Below, one piece after another: positions 12,312 through 25,374 of a DNA stretch of 64,000 nt. Within the stretch, counting starts at the first letter, position 1; the number at the start of each line of letters is the position of its first letter. A program made the translations under genes and the position numbers. The DNA is taken from NCBI RefSeq assembly GCF_006345805.1, contig NC_043006.1, positions 30,070,001 through 30,134,000 of the forward strand, in the 5' to 3' direction. The notes below the pieces were generated by a model that saw only the letters and a list, made by a program, of their open reading frames with translations, had not been told where the DNA came from and ran no database searches. Source of the stretch: Octopus sinensis (Eukaryota).

Positions 12312-14979
12312 TATACATATATATATACACACACACACAACCCCTTTACTATTGAAAACTGATGCCGATATTTAACAGATGATCAGCTTGGAAGTACACC
12401 AATGATTTTTTTTGTTTCTATTAACAGAGTACATTTTGTCAAGCTCAGCTTGGTGTAAGTCAATTTTGTATTTTCTTTCCTTTGCATGATGTGATGACTC
12501 TTAGTTGAACTACTAATGTTTTTGGTTTGAAACTGGTAGCTTCCAATTAAGCACTGTCTTGTTTCGAAAGTCTCTGTATTTTGTCTGAAAACCTTCAATC
12601 CTTGGCCACTTGATGTTGTTGCTTTTTGTTCCTATGTCTGTTGTTTCCAGGTAAGTAGTTTGTTTGTGGTGGTTCATGTTATGAATAAAAAACAACTCCC
12701 CTTACACAACAGTCATGAAAGAAAGGACTTTCAATCCAGTTCCTGTGTTAAACACACAACACTTTGTAGTGTGTGTGTGTGTGTGTCCGTCCGTCATACA
12801 GCAGCATAGTTTTATATCCCCTCCATTCAAGCACGTTTGACTCACTTGCCTCTCCTCCATCTCCTCTCATCACCCATGTTGTGTGTCCAAGTCCTGAGCC
12901 TGCACTAACCTCTATCACCAATCCTTCCTCCCTCCACAAAATCTCAATTGTCTTTAATTTCTTTGTCGCACTTGCTTTTCCTGCAGCCATTGACTTACAG
13001 GTGTTTCAACAGAATGGTAATGGCATCCCTCTTCTTATTGTTGTTGGAGGGGCTGGAAGAGGATGGGCACAGCTTCTTACTTAAAATAATAATAATAGTA
13101 GAGAAAAAAAACCCAGACAATTATGGATGCCCCAATCATAATAGTCTCTTTGTGCATGTATATATTTGTGTTTCACATGTATGTGTTTGTGCTTCTATGA
13201 GTATTGTGTGTGTGTATACATATGAAAATAACCCAAAAGTCCACCTGACCTTTTTCTAGAAAACATTGAAATGCGGTGTTGTGGGACTCTCTCTACATTC
13301 GTTTTAGATGAATCTGTATGTACACATAGGATAGATATATATATAAGGTTATATACACATAAGACTAAGTTGTTTCAGAATGAATTTGTGTTGAAGTAGC
13401 AGTGGTTGTGAATGTTTCTTTCACTGACTATTGCTGAAGAATTTAAGTTAAACAATATCAGATCATCTCAGTCTTTATATATAGCACTGTGGCTTTATGA
13501 AATGAACCTGAATTAGAAGAGTTCATTATTCTGATATTAATTTGTGTAAAAATTAAGTACAAGTGAACTGAAAAATAACTGCTCATGAATAAGTGATGGC
13601 TGATGTGAAGGAAATGGTTGCGATTTTTTTTTTCTTTTTGTTTTGATTACTTGCAATGTAGATATATATATGCTGGTGGAATTGAATGGCAGTTGATGAG
13701 TAGTAGTAGTCTTAAGAGTAGCTGAAAAAAAAAAAGTTGAGAATTATTAATTATATGAGAATACTATTCAAAGATGAACTGATGTAAAGTCGAAAAGCTT
13801 GTAAATCCATTTGGCTATTGTCAATTTGCAGGAAAAATGTATGTTCAATACTGTGAAAATGAAATTCAGGTATCATTTCTTATTTTTGTCAAATTACAAA
13901 ACGTAGCTCCTCCATTTTATAATTTTTCCTTCAAGTTTCAAATTTCTATTCATTTCTCATTAAGATCATTTCCTAAGCTATAAACATTAGCATTATTTTA
14001 AAAGAATTTATTTCACATATATTTCCATCTTAGCTTCACAAGAAGGGAATATTTGTAGAAGTATTGGGGATTAAAATGACTTATTAATAAATTATTTTGG
14101 TCAAATATTTATCAACTGTTGCATATGGCATACAGAATATTATTATTTCACTTGGTTAGAAGTTGGTACTTTGAGATGGTCATTTTGGGATTTCTTCAGC
14201 AGTAATTTTTTTTTTCCTTTTCTCTAATATAATCCACATTTTTAGAATGTTTGATTGCAAGTGTTTTATTTTTCTGCATGTGTACTTACATGTCTGTGTG
14301 TGTGTGTAGTGGTTTCATATATATTGCTTTTATGTATAGTCATGTAGATCATGTTATATTTTGTTAAAGGTAGGTTTTAATTATATCTACATAAAACCCT
14401 AAAATGAATTTTCAAAATATTGAAACTACCTCTTCTTTATGTTGTGTTCTATTTCTCTATCTTATAACCTTAAAATTATTATTTATTCCAATAAACTACA
14501 TTCTGATGGCTTTCTGTTTCATTGGTCAACTAATCTGTCAGTATTTCACCTTTCCTCGTATGTTGGTCTGTTTGTACAGTATTGTTTAGTGTGAAAATAT
14601 AACACTAGGTTAATTTAGTATGAATTTATTTTGCCATTACACTTAGAGTAAATATTAGCAAAAAGAATTCTTACACTTTTGTATGTCCTTGTATACCCCA
14701 GCACACCTCACACTCATCATGTTACTCTCAAACACATAATTATACTCCCAAAAGTGATATAGACTGGTTTCTTTCAATGAACCCTTTAACTTGGATATTT
14801 GGCCAAAAGTATGAGAAATTGGCATTATTCAATAATTTTGGTCAACTCTGTTTCAGTTCACATATATGACACATACTCTGAACTGCTTGTTCGCCCGTAC
14901 ACGCGCGCACACTAACACACTCACTCTCTCTCACACACATACATACACACACACACACGTGCTCTCTAAATTTCATTCA

Positions 14980-15195
14980 CATGCCAGCTCTGTCTGGCAC
15001 CTGTGCGGGTGGCACGTAAAAAGCACCCACTACACTCACGGAGTGGTTGGCGTTAGGAAGGGCATCCAGCCGTAGAAACACTGCCAGATTTGACTGGGCC
15101 TGATGAAGCCTTCTGGCTTCACAGACCCCAGTAGAACCGTCCAACCCATGCTAGCATGGAAAACGGACGCTAAACGATGATGATGATGATGATGG
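14980..15195 (+). mobile_element. RTE-tail SINE/LINE 3' end (young copy)
   Basis: GGCACGTAAAAAGCACCCACTACACTC...AAACGATGATGATGATG. Confidence 0.85.
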
Positions 15196-16217
15196 CATTG
15201 GTCAATGTGCAATAATGGAAGGCTCTTGCTAAATGGTGCCATGTATCAGGATGGGACCTAAATCATATGGTTGTATAATGAACTTGTTGATCAGCCATAT
15301 ATAAAACTGAAAATATTAATATCAGTTCTGCATGAACAGATTATTTCCAAGGATGAAGTATGGAAACATTGAGTTTTACTAATGAGAAAAATCTTAAATA
15401 TATTCTGAAAGCATCAAGAAACTTAAGATCTCTAAGTGGGTGGCCATGAGAAGGAAGTGGTGATCCTTTTGCCTTTTTTAAGGTCATTTCAATTGAAATT
15501 ACTTCAACTGAAATTGAGTAACAAATGTTTCAATTTTATGTTGAAATTAAAAACTTTCACCACAATTCCTTGAATAATTAGTTTCAAGTGGAATATATCA
15601 AATGTCATTCTTTCAATTGTTGTTGGACTTTTAGTGCTGTTTTCTTCATACCTTGATTAATTATTTATTTATAAAAGAGAAAATAAATTTATTTTTACAG
15701 GTTTGTTTTTATATAATGTGTGTTTGTGTGGGTGTAGTTTTTATTTGCACTCTGCTTCAAGTTTGTATAGTTATATGTGCACACACACACACAGCTCTCT
15801 AGTTGCAATTCATTTTTGCCAACAATGCTATATCGTTTTCCAGTGACTGCTTGAATACTGATTATACCTCAGGTTGAAAATTTAAATAGTATTTTGTTGG
15901 TTGCCCAGGTCACAGACAATAGATCATGATTAGTTACTTAGTAACATTGTAATCAGAGATATTTGTAGCACATAAAAGATTATTTACTTTTAATTTCTTG
16001 AAGTATGTAAAAAATTGTATTATTCAACCATTTGTACTATTCTTATTCTCAGGAACTTTAAATTTAACTTTTATCTTTAGATTCCATGGATTTTTCACTG
16101 AAATCAATGAACAAGACATTGGCCTGACTGTATTTGTTGATTCTTGTGTAATCTTACCTGAATTTCCTCAAGTTCTGCATTCATTAATAAGTATTTTATT
16201 TTCTACCTTCTCTTTAG

Positions 16218-16456
16218 CGTTCACCAATATTGAAGCGAAAATCATCAGGCGATCTAAGCGCCAATTCCAGCAATTCCAAGATTGCTCACCATGACATTGC
16301 CAATGATGTAGAAACAAAGCAGCATGGTCTCTTCTCCAAACAGACCAAAGCTATTGTATATGGAATGCAGCAACGGGCTGTACAAGGGATGCTGGACTTT
16401 GACTATGTCTGCTCCAGAGATGAGCCTTCAGTTGTTGCTATGATGTACCCCTTTAC
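16218..16456 (+). CDS. ACLY: ACLY exon (linker and start of the CoA-binding domain)
   Basis: tctttAG acceptor, GTAATT donor. Encodes [12 protein letters not shown]...[42 protein letters not shown]. Phases 0/2. Confidence 0.96.
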
Positions 16457-16524
16457 GTAATTATCTTTTTTCTATTCAATTTTTCTTTGGAAAATATTTT
16501 CTTTGTTATTAAGAGTAAGGAAGG

Positions 16525-16700
16525 TGGTGGGCTGGCAGAATCACAGAATCATTGACACACCAGACAAAATGCTTAGTGGTATTTATTCTGACTTTATATT
16601 CAGAATTCAAATTCCGCCAAAGTCAGTTTTGTGTTCCATCCTTTCAGGGTCATAAATAAGATAAGAACCAGTCAATCACTGGGGTTGATGTAATTGGCTA
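16525..16700 (+). mobile_element. tRNA-derived SINE (same family as 1735)
   Basis: GGCTGGCAGAATC...AATTCAAATTCCGCCAAAGTCAG.TTTG..TTCCATCCTTTCAGGG. Confidence 0.75.
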
Positions 16701-17096
16701 AACCATAGAAACTAGGCCCAATAATATGTACCAGCACCATTTGGTAGGTTCCTGATGATGAAGTAGATCCATAACTTGCTTCCAGTTACATGTTGGAACC
16801 ATTTCACTTACTATGTTAATGTCATTGAGAATTACATGAATATCACATTCCATTTTTCTCCTTATAATTGAAATGATAGAAACAGAATTCCGTACTAAAT
16901 TTTTCTATAGAATCCAGTTCAGTTTCTTCACATCTATGTTCAAATTGTACCTCATAGCAGGATCAGCTCTGTTAATTGTACACCCTTCTCCCAAATAGGC
17001 TAGAGAGAGAGATAGACAAGTATTTTCCAGTTCTTATTGGTGTTCTCAATTCAGTTGTTCACACACACCTCAACGGTATTGTTTTGTTTTTTCTAG

Positions 17097-17149
17097 TGGT
17101 GATCACCGACAGAAATTTTATTGGGGCCACAAAGAAATTCTCATTCCTG
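17097..17149 (+). CDS. ACLY: ACLY exon
   Basis: ttctAG...GTAAGT. Encodes (T)GDHRQKFYWGHKEILIP. Phases 2/1. Confidence 0.96.
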
Positions 17150-17384
17150 GTAAGTTCTTTTATAGAAACAGATTCTCAATAAATCTTTGTCAACCTCATC
17201 TTTAATTATGACACAATTTTCAATATTTACATTCCACATCTATTGTCATCAATAGGAATTACCAATTTCATTGTGAGAATCAGTGAAATATTTGCTTTCT
17301 AATTTTTTATCACCAAATGGATGATTTACTATCGTTGATCTGTTCCAACAGAATGAAATGTATTGGATATAATTCCGATATGAT

Positions 17385-17655
17385 ACTCATCATCATTTAG
17401 CATCTGGCATGAGTTTGACTGGAACTGGTAAACTGGAGAGCTGTGCCAGGCTCCAGTCTGTTTTGGCTTGGTATCTATGGCTGGATGACCTTAACACCAA
17501 CCATTCCACAGAGTGTACCGAGTACCTTTTATGTGTCACTGACACAGGTGCCATTCACGCATCACTGGTACTGGCTGTGACTACAATTTCACTTAGCTTG
17601 ATACGGATTCTTAAGCCCAGCAATTTGCCAGATGTCTCGATTACTCATCACTACC
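17385..17655 (-). mobile_element. RTE-tail SINE/LINE 3' end
   Basis: Same family, diverged. Confidence 0.7.
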
Positions 17656-17785
17656 TCTGTGTGTGTGGGTGTGTACATGCGTGCATATGGATATGTGTGC
17701 GAGTGTTGTAGACAGAATTTGTAACCACATTTGTGTGATTGTGAGTGCAACACTTTACCACTAGACCATGCATCTCAAATAGTGT

Positions 17786-17826
<41 letters not shown>

Positions 17827-17849
17827 AGAAAAAAATGTATGATGAATTT

Positions 17850-18400
17850 CCAGAAATAAAGGGTGGAATTATATAGGGATGATGCACTTTTCATCATAAA
17901 AAATGCATCTAATAGAAAATTGGAATTACTTAAGAAAAGATTTTATAAATTTTTCAAAAGGCATGGGCTTTCTATGTCTATTGAGAAGGATAATAATTCA
18001 GTTAACTTCAGTCTAACAATTGGATTGCATGAACCTTTCCACAAATAAAATTCTAATTTAAGCTATGATGACTTCCGAACTAACCATCCAAAATCCATTA
18101 GCCTCCAACATTGGTAAGAGACTAACCTATTTGTCTTCTAATGAGAAAATGTTTAATAGACATGTGGATTTCTATAACACAGCTTTAGCAAACACTGGAT
18201 ATAGAGATAAAATAAAATACCATCGACCAAACAACATTAATAAATATGACAAAACTAATTAGCAGCCGGAAAAAAAAAAAAAAAAAAAAACTGAAAAGTT
18301 TTCTAATCCTGCCATAACTGGAAATATAAGTAAAAATAAACATATAACTAGTAATCCAGCCATTTATAAACCAGCAATTGATAACAAACCCCAAATGAAT
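17850..18400 (+). mobile_element. Penelope-like RT/thumb fragment (LYRDD type)
   Basis: ELYRDDALFIIKN...KFFKRHGLSMSIE...VNF and NIGKRLTYLSSNEKMFN...YNTALANTGY, typical of invertebrate PLE reverse transcriptases. Frameshifted. Confidence 0.75.
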
Positions 18401-18722
18401 TCAAAACTGATATTAAATTATCTTATAAACCCAAAATTAATAAAAAAAAACAATAATTATTATTATCCCCACAATGATAAAAGCTTCATTAATAAGCATA
18501 ATGATATGAATAAGGCAAATCAGCAACCATTCTTTTAACCTATAATTGGCTGTGTGTGTGATGGAGAGAGAGAGAGAGAAAGAGAGAAACATATCTTTGA
18601 TGGCACAAAATGAATTAAGTCCTTGTTTTTCTTTTCTCTTGCACTTTTTGCTAAATATTTCAAAATATTTTACTATATTATTAAACATTTCTATATATTT
18701 TATTTCATTTAATGTTTTTTAG

Positions 18723-18838
18723 TTTACAAGAATATGGCAGATGTCATGAAGAAACATCCTCATGCTGATGTCTTGGTGAATTTTGCATCTCTACGTTCGG
18801 CTTATGAAAGTACAATGGAAACTCTCAATTACCCTCAG
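18723..18838 (+). CDS. ACLY: ACLY exon
   Basis: ttttAG...GT. Encodes (V)[38 protein letters not shown]. Phases 1/0. Confidence 0.96.
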
Positions 18839-20106
18839 GTTAAAATCACATTCATTTGCTGTACTTTAGTTTTTTTTTTTTTAATCTTTTATAATAATGG
18901 TAATAATACTGTAATACAATTGGACTGTTTGGGACGACAGGTAAAACTATTTTCATGTAATATATGTAAGGCCTGGGAGCCTGCTAGATCCCTGGCCTCA
19001 AAATTAAACCCTAACCCCACACTCTAAGGTAACATTATTCTTTATACAGATTTTCGTTACTTGCTGTGGTTGAATTTACAGTTACTTATTTAGATCTTTG
19101 AAATTAGCAGTTAAAAATTGGTGGACTAAACAGCAGTCAGTTTAACACCACCACTTGGCCTAAGGTACTTTAGCAGAATTTTCTTTGTCATTAGCAGCTG
19201 GACCAGGCCTTCTGTTTAAGGATAAACCAATATTTTGATGTCTTCTGGTGGCACCATTTTTTTTTTTAATGTTTATCAGAAATAAATTTTTCAGTGAATG
19301 ACTGGTTTTAATAATGCTTTGTAAGGCTGTTCACTTGTATTGAGCATAATTTTGTGCCTTCAGTTTGGAACTTCCATATAAGCTGCTTATAGGGATCAAC
19401 TAGTTCTTAGATGCTAGTTTTACTTTTTCCATTTCTCTATTGAAACTACCCCACATGTGAACAATGAAGTCAAATGAAAAAAAAAAAAAAAAAAAAAAGA
19501 AAATAAAGTACTTTGCTGCAACATGAATCCCATCCATTCATATTTTGTAATCCTTTGTCAGATATAAATCTCTTAATCTATATCTAAATATTTTCTCTAT
19601 TTTCCACACATCCTGACTTTGTTCTGAAACAATGTTTGTTTCTGATGTGTCTTTGACAGATTCTTTATGAATGCCAACACTAATTTCAAAATCTCTCTTC
19701 TTCATTTCCCCAAGTTTATCTGATGTCACTACTGTTCTCCAGTCATTAAAGTTTATTAAGCTAACTCTTCTCTTACATTATCAACTTCTATCTCACTACC
19801 AAACCTATCCATTTCCATTTCTGATGCCATCAGATTCACTGAATACTGCCTAAACAAAGCAGCCCATCCTTTTACTGGACAACAACTCCAGACTCTCAAA
19901 ATATTTTACTAAATGGAGTTGTGTATCTGCCAAGTAGGTCTTGGAAAAAATATGTAAATCACCCGATCCAGCTGAGGCCGTTAAGTGGTTGAGCCAAACC
20001 ATTGTTTTTGATGTGTCCCTTCATAACTCTGACATAAGTGAATCTGATAACCCTCCCCACCTCTTGTGATCTTCTATAAAGTTCAACTGGGATTAACATT
20101 TCAGAG

Positions 20107-20137
<31 letters not shown>

Positions 20138-21476
20138 AGAGAGAGAGGAGGGTGATTGGGTAGAATAACATTTGACTGAAAGATAAAGATTCATTAACTT
20201 ACTTCAACTATTTGCTCGTAGTTTTGCTTTTTCTTGTCTTTGCTCTCTCTCTTCTGCCAAATATTCTCTTCATCTACGACCACCCAACACATCCATCTCT
20301 TCACATCACTTTTGATTTTACATACAAGATTCCATATTAAATATTTTCCCCAAAACTTCTTCTAGAATTTCCTCATCAGTCACATTTTCCCTAACATCCA
20401 TCCTACAGATGTTCACACTGATCATCAGTCGTTTTGATTTCACCAGTGTTGAAGAGCCGATAAGTGTCATGAGCTTTGTGTCTCCTACTTTGAATAATTC
20501 ATCAAAACAATGGCTATAACATAGTTTTGGTGAGAAAGTACAAACCAAAATTAGAAGAAACCTATTGATTCAGCTGACTGCAATGCTTCACTGAAATTTA
20601 CTGCACACTGTACGGAATATTAAATATGTCTTTATATGGTATCACCAATGTTTGTCCAAGTGAATGGTGGTGTGTACAAGTAACACTCGGGACAGTCAAG
20701 TAAAGAAATAAAAACCTTTTTGTTGAAAAGGAAATATCTAAAGCATTTTTAGCTTCACTTGTGAATGGTAACTCGAATTCAAAGGTCTTTTCACTCTTCT
20801 CATCCATTAGCATAAGTCATTTGCTGCTTCTCTTGGGTATAAATGGTAATCTTAGACTTTTTTGTGAGATTTCTCATTCAACTGTAAAATATTTCAGAGT
20901 TGAATACTTTGCAAACATTACAGTGAATAAATTTGAAATGTAACTTTCAAAGTTCTTATATTGATTAAAGTAATTAATTAATGCAGACTCCAGATGAGCA
21001 ATTATTAATTAGAAGCTTAAAGCTTGTATTTAACAAGAACGAAAAATATAATTTCAGTAAAATCACCAGCCTGGTAGAGAAGCAAGTAATGTAACCTAGG
21101 GTTAGTAAAGTTATCTCCCCTAAAGTGGTTGTTACTATTTAACCCCAGGGCGACCGTAACCAAGTAGACTCTAGATCATAATCATTCTAACTGTTATCAT
21201 CCTATCTCATTTTCAGTCATAATGTAACAAGGATTACATTATCTAATGTGTCCTTCCTTTTTTAAGATGGTAGGAGATGATTACAAACAAATTTGGCTGC
21301 CATTTCTAGAGGGTCAGCGACCATGCACAAGCTTCCTCATTAGTTTGGTTTCCCATCAATTTTCACAAGATTTATGTAAATCATAAACACACATTTTGTT
21401 TTTTCAATTTTTAATGTGTTTGTTGGATTTTATTCCTTCTGTTAATATTTGTTTTATTCCTTAAATTTCATTATAG

Positions 21477-21581
21477 ATACGAACAATTGCTATCATTGCT
21501 GAAGGAATTCCCGAAAACCTCACCAGACAACTAATCATGGAAGCTAACAAGAAAAGTGTCTGCATAATTGGCCCTGCAACT
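21477..21581 (+). CDS. ACLY: ACLY exon
   Basis: ttatAG...GTACGG. Encodes [35 protein letters not shown]. Phases 0/0. Confidence 0.96.
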
Positions 21582-23701
21582 GTACGGTTTTATTTATTTA
21601 TTTTTTTTCTTTCATTTTTAAAGAAAATCTTGCAACTGTAATTGGGGAGTTTATGTCTTCTTTGCCGCAGCTTTCACAACAGAAGTGTTGTGTACTTCTA
21701 TGTGTGTGTATATGTGGTTATTATATGCTCTTTAATCCAGCCATGTCCAGTCGAAGTATTCTCCCTGTTTTATGTCAAAACTGACCAGATCCAGCCTCTC
21801 ACACCTTCCCTACAATGTCACTCTAGTCGTGGTTGTAGTTTTATTATTTCTTTATGGTATTTCTGTTAGGTGTAATGGGAACAAAATATTGACCTGGTTA
21901 TAATTTTAATGCATTCCCTAGAATTGATTTTTATGCTATTGAAACTACACGTTTTCTGGTTCTGCCCCACTGCATGGTACCTTCTGTTATATTCTTGTGC
22001 CAATCAAAGACTTATGAGTAGACTTTGTAGGTAGAAACTGAAAGAAAGCCTCTCTGTGTGTGTGTGTGTGTACGCACAAATGTCTCTGTGTTGACACTTG
22101 CACTTCTCCCCAAATCATTCAGCTGCAGTTGGTGGTGATGATGTTTCCCTTGTCAATAGGTCATCTGTTGATTTTCTGCTTTCAAAGACATGAGGAATAA
22201 AGTAGTTTTTAAGAACACTTACACAATAGCAACAGAAAGGGTAGCCAACTATAAAACAATGCTTCAATAATATATTCATCTAACCCATTCTAGCATGGAA
22301 AAACCAAATTTTAAAAAAAGCAATTATCACTACACACATTACCACCTGTGACCTTAGGTATCCACAAGTTTTTAGTCTTTCAAGTGCTTATTATAATAAT
22401 TCTGCTTGTCATTCCATTACTTAGCCCATTGGTAATACTTTCATGTGATTAGAGAAGTGGGAGAGAAAAGCATTCATGACATGAAGTAGAGGGAATTTAA
22501 TTGTAACGCTTTCATGTGATTAGTTGAAGGGAAAGAGAGGAGAAAGAAAAGAGAGAAAAAGAGAGTATGGCAAAGGGTGAGAGAGGCATCCATGATGCAA
22601 GGTGGAGAGGGGGACGTAAAATTTATGTGGTTAAAAAGTTAGTTGAAGGTAGTGATGACATAGAAGAGGAGAGTTAAAAATATCAATTTAGCAAAGGGGT
22701 GATATTCTGATGGTGAGGTTAAAGAAAGGCAGACAGAGAGAGGGTGGGGGAGATGATGATGGTAGTGGTGGAGGTGGTGATTGTGTATTTTTTTTTTAAT
22801 TGAACCAAGTTTTTATATCATCTATCACTTCACTATCTTTCCTTACTGACACAACACAGGCTACACTTTCAGGTTTTTTGGATAAAGTTTTCTGAAATAA
22901 CCCAATAGGTTTACCATTAATTCTGTGAAATATTTATGGGTCCCACTAGTTGTTGTTGTTATTTCAATGAATTTTGAGGCTGGAAATTACAGGTTGGTAA
23001 CAAACCATAAGAAACATTTTCAATGAAAGCCCTAGCAGTTAGAATTACTTTCATGGAAGCAGCCTGTAGAAATGGTAGTGTACCAAATTTAATGCTTAGT
23101 AACTCTAAATATAGCATTTTCATCCATCTCCAGGGTTGGTGGTTAATAGTTACCAGTGATTTACTGTCGGTTTTAATCATTTGTCATACAATGGTGTATG
23201 GTATATAAGATATACTATCTGGTATATGGAAGATAAGGTTCTTTGCCATATAATGATGTTCAAGACACGCTATCATATATTGGCATAAAGGGTATCATAT
23301 CTGGTTGAAGAAAATCTGGTTTCCAGCAATGAATGAGAGGATATAAGTTTCATTCTTGCCATAAAAATGCCTGAAAATACTAGATCTTAGTAGTATTGGT
23401 AACACCTTCTAATTTCTACTGTGTACTGTTATGTGGTGTGTATGCACACATGCACACAACCATACTTGAGTCATGTGAAAACTTCTGGTATCATGCATCA
23501 TTTCTCAGCATAACTATATAACAAACTACTAATTGTTGTTAGACTCTTTGCACAAATGGAGTCTAGACCAGCTTGTTTGTACTGGCATCGAGTCGTCATT
23601 TAAGTTGCAATAATGAAGTCAATCCAAACAGTGATATTTTGAAATGTCTTAACTGAGGAAGGTCTTACGTAATGGATGGATTTCCCATTATATATATTAT
23701 G

Positions 23702-24000
23702 CAGGTGTGGCTGTGTGGTAAGAAGCTTGCTTCCCAATTACATTGTTCGGGGTTCAGTCCTGCTGCGTGACACCTTGGACAAGTGTCTTGGGCCGACCAA
23801 AGCCTTGTGAGTGGATTTGGTAGACAGAAACTGAAAGAAGTCCGATGTTGGTGTGTTTATGCCTCTATAACTTAGTGGTTCAGCAAAGGGACCAATAGAA
23901 TAAGTACCAGGCTTACAAAGAATGAGTCTAGGGATTGATTTCTTCAACTAAAAGCAGTGCTGTAGCATGGCCGCAATCAAATGACTGAAACAAGTAAAAG
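23702..24000 (+). mobile_element. tRNA-derived SINE, second family (GGCCGACCAAAGCCTTGTGAGTGGATTTGGTAGAC core)
   Basis: A-box TGGCTGTGTGG and B-box GGTTCAGTCC; related copies at about 5425, 22000, 30470, 52480, 53400 (-) and 59458. Confidence 0.85.
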
Positions 24001-24101
24001 AATATTTATTACAACTTTATATGTGTGTACATGTAATGTATTGTATGCTGTGTTGTATATGTTTCTTTTTTGCTATTATTTCACCTTTTACTCTCAAACA
24101 G

Positions 24102-24193
24102 GTTGGTGGAGTAAAACCTGGTTGTTTCAAAATTGGAAACACAGGTGGCATGCTGGATAACATACTGTCTTCAAAACTCTACAGACCTGGCAG
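24102..24193 (+). CDS. ACLY: ACLY exon
   Basis: aacAG...GTAAGA. Encodes [30 protein letters not shown]. Phases 0/2. Confidence 0.97.
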
Positions 24194-24555
24194 GTAAGAC
24201 TTAATAATTCTTTCAATTGATCAGTTCTGCTGAGATGGCATAATTGCTTAGAGCAGTCTAAGTTTAATTCTAATTTGAAATTCCCCCTTCTTTTTCTTTG
24301 GTAAAGGCATGAATGTCACTAACTCTCATATCATTGTTTATTAATCTAAAGCTCAATGCTCCGCTTATAAATAGTTATTTTATAGTAATTATATTTCATC
24401 ATGAGGTGACATAGCTCTCATGCCTTTCTTACAGGAATTAAATGAATTAGTTGCAACAAAACAACTGTGACCTGGTCACGTATTTGGCTTTTTCTTTGTT
24501 TTAATGCTCTCCTGTGTAAAAGAATCCTTAATTTTGTTAACCTTTTTATTTTCAG

Positions 24556-24660
24556 CGTAGCATATGTGTCTCGTTCAGGTGGGATGTCAAATGAATTGAA
24601 TAATATCATAGCATTAAACACAAATGGAGTCTACGAAGGTGTTGCTATTGGTGGAGACAG
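24556..24660 (+). CDS. ACLY: ACLY exon
   Basis: ttcAG...GTGAGA. Encodes (S)[34 protein letters not shown](R). Phases 2/2. Confidence 0.97.
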
Positions 24661-25292
24661 GTGAGAAAATAATCCATGGTTAAATTACTTTTCACTTTTA
24701 CCCATGCCAGCATGGAAGGCAGATGTTAAACGATGATGATGTTGTTTAGAAAATAAAGATAGAAATTCATTCTTTGGTAACAAGATACCTTTCTTTTTTT
24801 CAAGCATGAGTTCCTGACTGTAGAGGGGTGGAGAACTCTGTAAAAGTTCTTTCTAACATCTTTCAATTAGTCAATCAGTGCAACTCAGTTTTTTCTTCTT
24901 ACAGAGACAACCGATGCCTTTTATTTGCAAAGTTTCCTTCACATTCTTTGGAATGTGCTGCAACTGTTACTATGAAAGGTTGAAAATTGTTGGTACCATA
25001 TAAAGTTGTTAACTCCTTAATTGTTTTAATATGATACTAAGAAAGTTAGACTCTTCTTAGCTTAAACTCTTAATAGTGTAACTTATATATGAACAAAGGC
25101 ACCTACCAATATTCCTCTTGTGTACACACACACACATGTATATGTGTTTTGCAGTAATTTAAATCTGATTCTCCATTTGCATCTAAGTTCAATGTCCATA
25201 TTTGGAAGTGGAAATAATTTTAAAACGGTTGTTTAGTTTAGATTAAAATAAATATTTTTTTAAAACTAAGAGTGAATTTTTATTTTGTTTAG

Positions 25293-25374
25293 ATATCCCG
25301 GCACAACATTCCCTGATTATATAATGCGGTATCAAGAACAAGAAGATGTGAAGATGATAGTTCTTCTGGGAGAG
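25293..25374 (+). CDS. ACLY: ACLY exon
   Basis: tttAG...GTAATC. Encodes (R)[27 protein letters not shown]. Phases 2/0. Confidence 0.96.

Noticed and set aside
12330-12700. Possible GIY-YIG remnant (ETRQCL...) adjacent to the inverted PLE
   Set aside because: Only a few residues match; cannot be distinguished from chance.
15100-15122. CTGATGA followed by a hairpin (AGCC-TTCT-GGCT) in a SINE tail
   Set aside because: No GAAA after the stem and no stems I or III; not a hammerhead.
20368-20379. CTGATGAGGAAA on the minus strand
   Set aside because: Both hammerhead core words are present but there is no stem II between them.
20318-20813. Minus-strand peptides (VTDEEILEEV, HHSLGQT) reminiscent of LINE ORF1
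   Set aside because: Similarity is too patchy to support without a profile search.
23540-23650. Sequence similar to 63540-63660 as a conserved non-coding element
   Set aside because: Two diverged copies in unrelated contexts are best explained as an unclassified dispersed repeat.
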